Shown piece after piece: positions 10,377-19,219 of a stretch of 64,000 nt of DNA. Numbering within the stretch: position 1 is the stretch's first letter; each line of letters opens with the position of its first letter. The DNA comes from a candidate division WOR-3 bacterium (lineage in GTDB: Bacteria; Hydrothermota; Hydrothermia; JBDRYB01): NCBI GenBank assembly GCA_039803205.1, contig JBDRYB010000006.1:32001-96000 (forward strand), written 5' to 3'. The notes below the pieces were generated by a model, which was not told the origin of the DNA, did not search any database, and saw only the letters and a list, made by a program, of their open reading frames with translations. A program made the translations under genes and the position numbers.

Positions 10377-10405
10377 AATATAATATAAAAGATATGTATC
10401 GTCAA
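10377..10405 (-). promoter_or_regulatory. Sigma70-type promoter TTGACG-17-TATATT for 9836..10354
   Basis: Read directly in the AT-rich divergent intergenic region. Confidence 0.6.
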
Positions 10406-10457
10406 GCCGGAGCGATCGCTTTGATCCCCGCTCAGCGGCCGTCTTAGAATATTCAGC

Positions 10458-11273
10458 ATGATCGGCGTTATTGGGCGCAGGGGCTCTCAGGGCCTCCGGC
10501 AAGCCCTATCGCTCGTTCATTCGGTTGCAGGCGAGAGGGCAATCTTTTCCTCTGATCTGGCTGATGAGGCTCCGGCGGGGGCCCGGCTTGAGGACATGGA
10601 GAAAATATCGGCCCTTGCGGATGCCTTTCTTTCCCTCGGTGGGGATGGCACCCTCTTGGAGGCCGCTAGACTCGCGAGAGGAAGGCCCGTGGCTGGCGTC
10701 AATCTGGGATTCTTGGGGTTTCTGGCTTTTTATCACCTGGAGGAGCTGGAATCTCTGGTCAAGGCGATCCTCAAAGGAGATTACGCCACTGAGGAGCGCG
10801 CCTGCCTTGAGGTTGAAAGGGGGGGCGGAAAGGATGTAGGGCTGAACGATATAACCCTTCTCGGGACCAGGGCCAGAATGCTCAGCATTGAGGTCCACAG
10901 GAACCGCGATTTCGTTCTGAGATACAGGGGGGATGGGCTCATCATATCAACCCCGACAGGCTCCACCGCCTACAATCTTGCGGCAGGCGGCCCCATACTC
11001 TATCCCTCACTAGACGCTATGGTTCTCGTTCCCATATGCGCCCATTCTCTCACCGTGCGCCCCATTGTTCTTCCATCGGACTCAGAGCTCTGGGTTAGCG
11101 CGGAGAGCCGAGGGGAGAAAATGCTTCTCTCGGCCGATGGCAGGGAATCCTTCATCCTTGAACCATCCGATGCCTTCACCGTTAGGATGTCAGAACAGAA
11201 GGCCAGGTTCGTGAGGACATCCTGGGCCCCTGACTTCTTTTCGGTTCTCAGGAAGAAGCTTGAATGGGGATAA
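10458..11273 (+). CDS. nadK: NAD(+) kinase
   Basis: LGGDGTLL, GVNLGFLGFL, LND, DGLIISTPTGSTAYNLAAGGP. Confidence 0.96.
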   Translation: MIGVIGRRGSQGLRQALSLVHSVAGERAIFSSDLADEAPAGARLEDMEKISALADAFLSLGGDGTLLEAARLARGRPVAGVNLGFLGFLAFYHLEELESLVKAILKGDYATEERACLEVERGGGKDVGLNDITLLGTRARMLSIEVHRNRDFVLRYRGDGLIISTPTGSTAYNLAAGGPILYPSLDAMVLVPICAHSLTVRPIVLPSDSELWVSAESRGEKMLLSADGRESFILEPSDAFTVRMSEQKARFVRTSWAPDFFSVLRKKLEWG

Positions 11274-11289
11274 GGGATCATCCGGGCAT

Positions 11290-12882
11290 ATGAAACTCAT
11301 CTCTCTGAGGGTTGAGAACTTCATCCTGGTCGCGGAGGCCCGAATAGCGCTCTCCGGCGGGTTCAATGTCCTGACCGGAGAGACCGGGGCTGGGAAGACC
11401 ATGCTCCTCTCGGCTATATCCGCTATACTTGGGGCAAGGATAGACTGGGAGTCCTTCGGCCAGAGAAACTCCGTAGTTGAAGCGATATTCTCATCGGGGA
11501 AGGAAACAATAACGGTAAGGAGGGAAATATCCGGGAAATCCAAAAAATCAAGGGCGTTTTTCAACGGCGAGCCGGTCACGGGAGCGGATCTCTGCGCCCG
11601 CCTCAGCACGCTGGTCGCGATACACGGCCAGCGCGAGAACCAGCGCCTGCTTGATCCCGAGAACCACCTAGGGTTTGTTGATGCGTTCGGCAAGCTCTCG
11701 GATCTCAGAGAGGCTTTCGCAAGCGCTTGGAGGAAGAGGGAGTCACTGAGAACCCTCCTTGAAAAGACCAAAAAGGAACAAGAGGCCATAAGGGAGGCAG
11801 AGGAGCTTTACAGGTTCCAGCTCAGAGAGATTGAAGAGGCAGGGCTCAGGGAGGGCGAGGAGGAGGAGCTTGCCGAAAGAAGGCGCGTTCTCTCGGAGGG
11901 GGCGAGGCTCGCTGAGGCGATAAACCGAGCGCTTTACGCGATCCAGGAGGAGGAGGGTTCCGCACTCTCGGACACAGCATATGCCATATCATCCCTCTCT
12001 GATTTCTCCGACATCTCAAGGATAAGGGAGGCAATTGATCTACTCCATTCATCAAAAGATGCCCTCTCTGAGGCCGCGAGGGTCCTCGTGGCTCTGAGAG
12101 ATGGGATCCACTACGACCCTGAGGAGCTTGATTCGGTGAACCAGCGCCTGTTCAAGATAGCCAGGCTCAAGGAAAAGTTCAGGACGGACCTGCCGGGCCT
12201 CCTGAGAATAGCGGGGGAGCTGAGAGCAAAGCTGGAGAAGCTCCAGACCAGCGACGAGGAAATAATCCGGCTCGAGCGCGAGCTTTCCGAGGCCGAGCGC
12301 GAGCTCAACCAGCTCGGCCAGGCCCTTTCCGAAAGGAGGCGAGGGGCCGCGGCAGAGCTCTCCAAGAGGGTGGAGGAGGAGCTGAGAGAGCTCGCCATGT
12401 CAGAAGCCAGGTTCAGGGCAGAGGTATGGCGAGACGAGCCTTCGGAAAGGGGTTTTGACCGGTCAGAGTTCCTGTTCTCGGCTAACCCGGGTCAAGCCCT
12501 TCTCCCTCTCGTTAAGGTCGCCTCGGGCGGGGAGCTTTCAAGGGTAATGCTCGCTTTGGAGACCGCGCTGGCAGAAGCAGAGGATACCCCGATCCTCGTC
12601 TTTGACGAAGTGGACCAGGGCATAGGGGGCAGGGTCGCTGAGATCGTTGGCAAGAAGCTCAAAGCCCTCTCATCCCATCACCAGATACTCACCGTGACGC
12701 ACCTCCCTCAGATAGCCGCTAGCGCTGACGCGCATTTCATAGTTGAAAAGAAGGGCTCAAGGGTATCAATAAGGCTTCTCTCTCATGAGGAGCGTGTCAG
12801 GGAGATAGCGAGGATGTCCGCTGGCGAGAGAATAACCCCCGAGGCTATTGCCCTGGCAAAGAGGCTACTGGGCGTGGAATAG
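11290..12882 (+). CDS. recN: DNA repair protein RecN
   Basis: LTGETGAGKT, IHGQ, ASGGELSRVML, VFDEVDQG, VTHLPQIA. Start revised to ATG 11290. Confidence 0.96.
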   Translation: MKLISLRVENFILVAEARIALSGGFNVLTGETGAGKTMLLSAISAILGARIDWESFGQRNSVVEAIFSSGKETITVRREISGKSKKSRAFFNGEPVTGADLCARLSTLVAIHGQRENQRLLDPENHLGFVDAFGKLSDLREAFASAWRKRESLRTLLEKTKKEQEAIREAEELYRFQLREIEEAGLREGEEEELAERRRVLSEGARLAEAINRALYAIQEEEGSALSDTAYAISSLSDFSDISRIREAIDLLHSSKDALSEAARVLVALRDGIHYDPEELDSVNQRLFKIARLKEKFRTDLPGLLRIAGELRAKLEKLQTSDEEIIRLERELSEAERELNQLGQALSERRRGAAAELSKRVEEELRELAMSEARFRAEVWRDEPSERGFDRSEFLFSANPGQALLPLVKVASGGELSRVMLALETALAEAEDTPILVFDEVDQGIGGRVAEIVGKKLKALSSHHQILTVTHLPQIAASADAHFIVEKKGSRVSIRLLSHEERVREIARMSAGERITPEAIALAKRLLGVE

Positions 12883-12892
12883 TAGGGCCCTA

Positions 12893-14389
12893 TTATCTGA
12901 CAGTGACCTTTGCCTTCTCATCCCCAGCAACCACGAAATAGACCCCGGGCACCAGGGGGCTTATTAGGGTCTTGCCCTTTATTTCCCTCCTTATAACAAG
13001 CCGGCCAGCCGAATCGTAAATCCTCGCCTCGCCTGAGGGGCCGGTTATATAGAAGCCGGAGGGAGCCATCGTGATCCTGAGACCCGGTTTCGCTCCAGTG
13101 TTCCCAGCAACCCCTCCCGCCTCAGTAAGGTGAACCACTGATGTGATGCTCGTATAGTAAGGTGGGTCTGACATTGGCTTCTTGAACCACTCCTGAACAT
13201 ATACCCCTCCCTGGCCATCGGGAACCAGGCCAGTAGCAGTTCCTCTGGAGTATTCCCTTACTGTATCTATCCAGGCCCAGATCAGATTACCTGAGGTATC
13301 AAGCTTGTAGACAGCGGGATATTCGTGTTCGTTGGTGCCCCCGATGAAGATGTTTCCTAAGGAATCAAGAGCTATTAACCTTGCTCCTTCGCGGCTGTCC
13401 CAACCGGGATTGACATCAAGTTTCCATTTTTCGTTCCCTATGGTATCTACACACATTATCTCCCAGCAATCGGGCCCACCGCCGCCGGTTAGGTAAAGGT
13501 TCCCCTTCTTATCTACTGCCATGTTACTAACACTCTGTTCCACCGGGCCTACATATTCTTTAATCCAATCAGTATTCCCGGTGGCCGTGTCCAGCCTCGT
13601 CAACCAGGCTGTTCCGGTTCCACTCCCGGACATATAAAGCCATTCACCAAAGAGAGCCATCGCCTCTGCACTGCGTTCTACCATAGTGCTTTCTGCCCTG
13701 ATCCAAAGGGGATTCCCACTCGTATCCAATTTTATAGCGAGAGGAAGCGGCATTGGACACGAACCAAATATGTCTGTTCTGAACCCCACCATGTAAGAAT
13801 TCCCTTCCCCATCAACCGAAAAGTCATGTGCCTGATCCATCCTGTGAAATGGCCCATCATATACAAAACACCACTTGAGGTTCCCGAAAGTATCAAGGGA
13901 GAACACGAGAACATCCATAACGGTAGCGGGCTCATCTACATCACCTACAACGAGGAGATCTCCTGTGGGACCTATTGCGATTACGCCTGAACCGTTGTCC
14001 GGAAGGCTATCAAGGATATAAGACCAGATAGGGAGCCCGCTGAAGGGATTAAGCTTGAGGACCCAGGATGAAAACACGGTGTCCGCACCGGGGAGGATCA
14101 CGCTTCCTACGGTGTATATGCCTGAGTGGGTCGGGAGTGCACTGCACATTACGCTCCAGTCGTAAGATACGGTGTCCTGATGAAACTGCCAGAGAGTATA
14201 TCCATCATGGGTTAAGGCCCATGCTACAGCGTGAGGATCCAGATAAGGCCTTGAGAGGCCCACCCCCAAAAGAAACCCCTGTGGGGTTTTCATGAAGCAG
14301 TCTGAGCCCAAGGTCTTCCCCGGCCTCATCCCATAAAGCCAGACACGCCAATCAACCTGAACCTGAAGGATAAGGGCGAGCAGAATCAT
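12893..14389 (-). CDS. Secreted beta-propeller protein with T9SS-like C-terminal domain
   Basis: Repeated (K)LDxxGNxxW blades; CTD IYDSAGRLV...PGVYFV...KVTVR; AAGGAGGTG RBS. Confidence 0.75.
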   Translation of the reverse strand: MILLALILQVQVDWRVWLYGMRPGKTLGSDCFMKTPQGFLLGVGLSRPYLDPHAVAWALTHDGYTLWQFHQDTVSYDWSVMCSALPTHSGIYTVGSVILPGADTVFSSWVLKLNPFSGLPIWSYILDSLPDNGSGVIAIGPTGDLLVVGDVDEPATVMDVLVFSLDTFGNLKWCFVYDGPFHRMDQAHDFSVDGEGNSYMVGFRTDIFGSCPMPLPLAIKLDTSGNPLWIRAESTMVERSAEAMALFGEWLYMSGSGTGTAWLTRLDTATGNTDWIKEYVGPVEQSVSNMAVDKKGNLYLTGGGGPDCWEIMCVDTIGNEKWKLDVNPGWDSREGARLIALDSLGNIFIGGTNEHEYPAVYKLDTSGNLIWAWIDTVREYSRGTATGLVPDGQGGVYVQEWFKKPMSDPPYYTSITSVVHLTEAGGVAGNTGAKPGLRITMAPSGFYITGPSGEARIYDSAGRLVIRREIKGKTLISPLVPGVYFVVAGDEKAKVTVR

Positions 14390-14669
14390 CCTTCACCTCC
14401 TTCATATCCATATTATAAGAGAAAACAGGGGGCCGCGCAAGGATCAGTACCCCGTAGCAGTCGTAGATGTATACAGTGAGGTCTATCATCGGCCAGACGC
14501 TCGCGGTAACCGTTCCATGCACATCCTTCGGGGGTGGAGGCGGTGTTTGCCCATCCGGATCCACTCCCATTGTTTCGGCTCCCTCTGTCTCCTCAGGCAT
14601 GTTCTTTTGGCACCCTATTGCCACCAGGATGCCCATCACCATCATGCTTGCTCGTATGAGCTCCTTCAT
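14352..14669 (-). CDS. Putative lipoprotein, possibly truncated
   Basis: GAGGAGG RBS; lipobox-type signal MKELIRASMMVMGILVAIG-C; proline-rich linker. 3' end reads through the next gene's promoter and RBS. Confidence 0.5.
   Translation of the reverse strand: MKELIRASMMVMGILVAIGCQKNMPEETEGAETMGVDPDGQTPPPPPKDVHGTVTASVWPMIDLTVYIYDCYGVLILARPPVFSYNMDMKEVKDDSARPYPSGSG
14412..14440 (-). promoter_or_regulatory. Sigma70-type promoter TTGCGC-17-TATAAT for 12893..14389
   Basis: Perfect -10 box, 17-bp spacer, followed by an RBS. Confidence 0.55.
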
Positions 14670-14900
14670 CCTAAAAACCTCCTCGTTTTTCTGGCGGGTC
14701 CAGGCCCGCGGCCCCAAATTATGCTCTGTTGTGTGTGTGTCAAGTGGTGAAATTTTGGCTTTTTAATGCGCTATTTGGCGATCTCGTTCGGGAAATCCCG
14801 TCTAAGACCGCACAGCTAAATATACCCTTGGGCCAAACCAGGTTGAAACCAGCTCCTCATTTGTTTTAAGCTTTTCGGGCAACAAAAAGGGGTAAGGAGC

Positions 14901-15890
14901 TTGGATGAGATAGTTCTATTGAGCGGAACCACATGCGTTCCCCTTATGAACAAGGTTAGCCTCTGTCTTGATATTGAGCCAGGGGACTTTCTGATAGGGC
15001 GATTCGCTGACGGGGAGGTGAGGGTCCAGATAAAGAGGAACATAAGGGGAAGGGATGTTTATGTGATCCAATCAACGGGCGCTCCGGCGGAGAACCTTCT
15101 TGAACTGCTTCTCCTCATAGACGCGGCAAAGAGGGCATCAGCCGCTCGCGTGACAGCGGTAATACCCTATTTCGGATATGCCAGGCAGGACAGAAAGGCC
15201 GAGCCTCGTGTTCCCATATCCGCGAAGCTGGTCGCGAACTTCATTGAGGTCGCTGGTGCGGACAGGGTTCTCACGGTTGACCTTCACGCTGACCAGATAC
15301 AGGGGTTCTTTGATGTGCCAGTTGACAACCTATACGCGACCCCTATCTTCAAGCCATACATTGACCGTCTCATCTCCGAGGGGAAATGGATGGTTGTAGC
15401 GCCGGATGTTGGGAGCTCAAAGAGGGCATACAGGTTCGCTGAGATACTCGGCAATTTGCCAATTGCCCTGGTTGACAAGCGCAGGGTGAGGCCGAACGAG
15501 GTAGAATCCGTGAGGCTCATAGGCGAGGTAGAGGGAATGAACTGCCTTCTCGTTGATGACATAATTGATTCCGGGGGTTCGCTGAGGAAGGCCTCGGCCA
15601 CGCTCAAGGAACACGGCGCAAACAGAATATTTGCGGCCGTAACCCACGGCGTCTTTTCCGGAAATGCCAAAGAAACCCTGTCCAAAAGCGGAATTGAGGG
15701 CATATTGGTCACCAACACCCTGCCGCCCCGGGACGAGAGGCTCCCAACCAACGCGAGGGTCTTGGATATATCTCCCCTGCTCGCTGAGGCCATAAGGAGG
15801 ATACACGAAAACCGCTCCGTTTCGGAGCTCTTCATAGGAAAAGAATCATGGAAAACCTTAGGCTTGTGGCAGAACATAGAGAAGGTTTAG
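14901..15890 (+). CDS. prs: Ribose-phosphate pyrophosphokinase
   Basis: FADGE, IPYFGYARQDRK, DLHADQIQGFFD, LVDDIIDSGGS. AAGGAG upstream of TTG. Confidence 0.97.
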   Translation: MDEIVLLSGTTCVPLMNKVSLCLDIEPGDFLIGRFADGEVRVQIKRNIRGRDVYVIQSTGAPAENLLELLLLIDAAKRASAARVTAVIPYFGYARQDRKAEPRVPISAKLVANFIEVAGADRVLTVDLHADQIQGFFDVPVDNLYATPIFKPYIDRLISEGKWMVVAPDVGSSKRAYRFAEILGNLPIALVDKRRVRPNEVESVRLIGEVEGMNCLLVDDIIDSGGSLRKASATLKEHGANRIFAAVTHGVFSGNAKETLSKSGIEGILVTNTLPPRDERLPTNARVLDISPLLAEAIRRIHENRSVSELFIGKESWKTLGLWQNIEKV

Positions 15891-16480
15891 GCAAGGGACA
15901 TTGCCGCAGAATCCGAAAGGCGGGCTGGATCCCAGCGGTTATGTATGGTATGGGCGAGAAAAGCGTGGCCATAAAAATACCGGAAAACGAGATCCTAACC
16001 ATCCTAAGAAGAACAGGCGGAGAGAGGGTTCTCGTTGACCTAATTATAGGGGATGAGGCCAAGCTGGCAACGATACAGGATGTCCAGCGCGATCCCGTCA
16101 CTGGTAAGGTCATACATGTGGACTTCTTCCTGCTCCAGAGGGACAAAGAGGTGGAAATAGAGATACCCATAACTACAAAGGGCATAGCTCCTGGGGTCAA
16201 GAAGGGTGGGATACTTGATGTGATAACCCACTCCCTCAGGATAAAAGCCCTTCCGCAGAACATACCACCTCACATAGAGATTGATATATCCGGACTTGAT
16301 GTCGGCGGGGTAATTCATGTGAGAGACCTATCCCTGCCCGGGGTTCACATATTGAATCCGCCGGATCAACCAGTGGTCTCTGTCCTCGCCCCGCGGGTCG
16401 CGGTTGAGAAACCCTCCGAGGAGGCTGAGGCTGAGGGGGCCGAGAAGCCTGAGGCTGAGGGAGAGACAGAAACCAAATGA
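15848..16480 (+). CDS. rplY: 50S ribosomal protein L25 / Ctc (long form)
   Basis: IPAVMYG, VQRDPV...HVDF, GVKKGG, IHVRDL. Canonical prs-rplY-pth order. Confidence 0.96.
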   Translation: MENLRLVAEHREGLGKGHCRRIRKAGWIPAVMYGMGEKSVAIKIPENEILTILRRTGGERVLVDLIIGDEAKLATIQDVQRDPVTGKVIHVDFFLLQRDKEVEIEIPITTKGIAPGVKKGGILDVITHSLRIKALPQNIPPHIEIDISGLDVGGVIHVRDLSLPGVHILNPPDQPVVSVLAPRVAVEKPSEEAEAEGAEKPEAEGETETK

Positions 16481-17070
16481 GGGCAATCGTGGGCCTCGGC
16501 AATCCGGGGCCCATTTATTCCCTGACCAGGCACAACATAGGCCACATGCTCGTGGATTTCTATGCGCAAAGAGAGGGCATGAGGCTCACGGCTGGCAAGG
16601 GGGATTTTCTGGCCGGGCTGAAAGCCGAGCTCTGGGTTGTTAAAACAACATGCTACATGAATGTGTCCGGAATAGCCGTCGCACAATTCCTGGAAGAAAC
16701 AAGCCTTGCCCCATCCGACATTCTCGTCATATACGATGATGCCGCTCTCCCGTTCGGCAAGCTGAGGCTGAGGCCCCGGGGAGGCTCAGGCGGGCATCGT
16801 GGCATGGAATCCGTTATATACCATCTGGGGACAGAGGGGATCCCGAGGCTCAGGATGGGAATAGGCCCTCCTCCGAAAGGTGTTTTTCTCAGAGATTTCG
16901 TCCTGTCCAGGTTCTCAAAGGCCGAAGAAGCGCTCTTGCCAGAGTTCCTTGAGGCGGGGGCCAGGTGCGTTGATCTCTGGCTCTCTGATCCCGAGCGGGC
17001 GCCGGGCGCCTGTGGGGAATTATCGGTGGAGAACCAAACGAATACAGAAGAGGACAGGCCCAACCCATAG
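16477..17070 (+). CDS. pth: Peptidyl-tRNA hydrolase
   Basis: IVGLGNPG, TRHNIG, YMNVSG, GGSGGHRG, RLRMGIG. Confidence 0.95.
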   Translation: MRAIVGLGNPGPIYSLTRHNIGHMLVDFYAQREGMRLTAGKGDFLAGLKAELWVVKTTCYMNVSGIAVAQFLEETSLAPSDILVIYDDAALPFGKLRLRPRGGSGGHRGMESVIYHLGTEGIPRLRMGIGPPPKGVFLRDFVLSRFSKAEEALLPEFLEAGARCVDLWLSDPERAPGACGELSVENQTNTEEDRPNP

Positions 17071-17219
17071 GATCTCGGGTGTACTGCTTCATAAGCGCCA
17101 AAAGCCTCTGCGACAGAAGCATCTTTTAACGAGTTCAACCCTCTTGTCTCCCAAACCAGATCCCGCGCCACTTCATCCACAATCTGGCCTTCGTATGGGG
17201 CTCTGGGCTCCATTCCTCC

Positions 17220-17606
17220 CTATTCCCAGGGCAATTCCTTGAAATAGACAGCCCTCGCTGTGTCAGCTTCAAGGACCAAATAGACCCAGGCTCCAGCGTA
17301 TATGGGGTGGTGCTTGCGCAGAGGGCCGCCGAGAGCGGGAAAAAAGAACCAGAAAACACTGGTATCTCCCTCAAAGCCAATTCCCTTGAAATCAGGTTCG
17401 CCCAGCTTGAACCCTAGGCTATCCTCAAGAACAGAGCGAACAGGATTGATGAACCTTCTCAGCGCGGCCCTCGCGTCCTCGGAATAGTATGAGCTCTCGC
17501 CGAAGATCATTGGATTAGGATAAGCCCCCCTCAGAACCGGAGCCCGTGGCCCCCCGCCAGCGCAGGCCAGGAAAATGACCGGAAAAATAAGGACAAGCTT
17601 TCTCAC
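17220..17606 (-). CDS. Hypothetical lipoprotein
   Basis: GTG 17606 gives MRKLVLIFPVIFLA-C lipobox-type signal (ORF track start 17672 lies in the promoter region). Confidence 0.6.
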   Translation of the reverse strand: MRKLVLIFPVIFLACAGGGPRAPVLRGAYPNPMIFGESSYYSEDARAALRRFINPVRSVLEDSLGFKLGEPDFKGIGFEGDTSVFWFFFPALGGPLRKHHPIYAGAWVYLVLEADTARAVYFKELPWE

Positions 17607-17705
17607 CCGCAAAGGATAAAGCTTGGAGAACCCCTGAGGAAACGACTGATTAGGAAACATTTCAGGAAACATTTTTCATTATAATGTAGGCTCGCGAGGT
17701 AGGTT

Positions 17706-17870
17706 ATGAGTATTTTTCACGAATTTGCCGAGAGGCTCATTTTGTTTGGGGTCGTTGCACACACGGCCCTGGTTCTGGGCTTTGTTGGAATCGTCCTCCT
17801 CACAGGAGGGCATGGAAACCCGAAACCAGGAAACATTGCTCACATGGAGGTGAAGGCATGCTCTCGTTGA
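17706..17870 (+). CDS. Small 54-aa single-TM protein (absent from ORF track)
   Basis: Translated by hand: MSIFHEFAERLILFGVVAHTALVLGFVGIVLLTGGHGNPKPGNIAHMEVKACSR. Preceded by TATAAT (17680-17685) and GAGGT; overlaps the S8 gene start. Confidence 0.45.
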   Translation: MSIFHEFAERLILFGVVAHTALVLGFVGIVLLTGGHGNPKPGNIAHMEVKACSR

Positions 17871-19219
17871 TTCTGGCACTCGTATCCCAGGGAAGGTTCA
17901 TAGTCCACTTTTCTTCCGCGTCTGACATGCAGATGGCCTTGCCCGCGCTCGCAGAGAAGGCCCAGGTGATAAAGACGGTCTCCAGGGCCCTGAATTTTGC
18001 TGTGGTCATCACAGAGGATCCGGACGCCCTGAGAGGACTGCCCGGGGTCATCCTCGTTGAACCGGATGGCCAGGTCTACTCGCTCTACACCCCGAACGAC
18101 TCAATCTGGCCCCAGCAGTGGGGCCCCCCGAACATACATTGCCCTGAGGCCTGGGACCTCACCTTCGGCGATAGCGCTGTGAGGGTCGGTGTCCTTGACG
18201 AGGGCATTGATTATCTGCACCCTGACCTGGCTCCTCATTTCGGCTCGAACCCCGGCTATGACTTTGTTGACGAGGACCCTGACCCCGCGCCTGATTGGGG
18301 CCTATACCACGAGATCCACGGCCAGCATGTAGCTGGAATCCTCGCGGCAGTCACGGGAAATGGGATATACATGGCAGGGGTCGCGATGTGCCATCTCTAT
18401 GCCCTTCGTGTCCTTGATTCCATGGGGGTGGGCTGGAACTCCGATATAGCTGAGGCCATCCTCTGGGCCGCGGATTCCGGGCTTCATGTGATAAACATGA
18501 GCCTCGGGGGCACATCCTCATCAGCAGTTCTGAGGAACGCCTGCGACACAGCTTTCGCGAGGGGCGTTCTCCTTCTCGCGGCCTCAGGAAATAACGGAGC
18601 AAATTACATCCTTTATCCCGCGGCATACGAGAGCGTCATTGCTGTTGGTGCAACGGATTCCACGAACAACCTCTGGGGGAACAGCAACTACGGGGACGAG
18701 CAGGAGCTCGTCGCACCAGGTGTGGATATAATCTCCATAATGCCATACGGTAACCTCTTCTATGGCGAATACCTGACCGTCTCCGGAACATCAATGGCTT
18801 GTCCTCATGCGGCAGGGGTCGCGGCGCTGGTTAAGGCGCAGTTCCCTGGTATGACGAACTCTGACATCAGACAGAGGCTCAGAGAAACCTCGGTTGACCT
18901 GGGCGACCCGGGCTGGGACATGTATTATGGCTATGGCAAGGTTGATGCATACAGGGCACTCGTCGGGGTTGAGGAATTGGCCGGGAAACCAGGAGTCTCT
19001 ATGATATCCGGGCCCACGGTGGTTTCTGGCCCCGCGGAGTTCGGATATAGCGGGCCAGGCATCAGTCTCTTTGATCCATCCGGCCGAAGGATAGCCGGGC
19101 TTTCCAGAAAAGGAGACAGGTTCTTCCTTGATCCGGATGGAATGGCACAGGGCGTATATTTCCTAGTGGGAGAGGGGTCCAATGCCCCGGTGAAAAAGAT
19201 AATCCTGAAGGAGAGATAG
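17858..19219 (+). CDS. Subtilisin-family S8 serine peptidase with T9SS-like CTD
   Basis: Triad VLDEGID / HGQHVAG / SGTSMACPH; CTD FDPSGRRI...GVYFL...KKIILK. Confidence 0.93.
   Translation: MLSLILALVSQGRFIVHFSSASDMQMALPALAEKAQVIKTVSRALNFAVVITEDPDALRGLPGVILVEPDGQVYSLYTPNDSIWPQQWGPPNIHCPEAWDLTFGDSAVRVGVLDEGIDYLHPDLAPHFGSNPGYDFVDEDPDPAPDWGLYHEIHGQHVAGILAAVTGNGIYMAGVAMCHLYALRVLDSMGVGWNSDIAEAILWAADSGLHVINMSLGGTSSSAVLRNACDTAFARGVLLLAASGNNGANYILYPAAYESVIAVGATDSTNNLWGNSNYGDEQELVAPGVDIISIMPYGNLFYGEYLTVSGTSMACPHAAGVAALVKAQFPGMTNSDIRQRLRETSVDLGDPGWDMYYGYGKVDAYRALVGVEELAGKPGVSMISGPTVVSGPAEFGYSGPGISLFDPSGRRIAGLSRKGDRFFLDPDGMAQGVYFLVGEGSNAPVKKIILKER

Noticed and set aside
14744..14900. tRNA upstream of prs
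   Set aside because: No cloverleaf or T-loop consensus found.
16418..16462. GAGGCTGAGG repeats at the end of rplY
   Set aside because: Ordinary low-complexity Glu/Ala tail of long-form L25.
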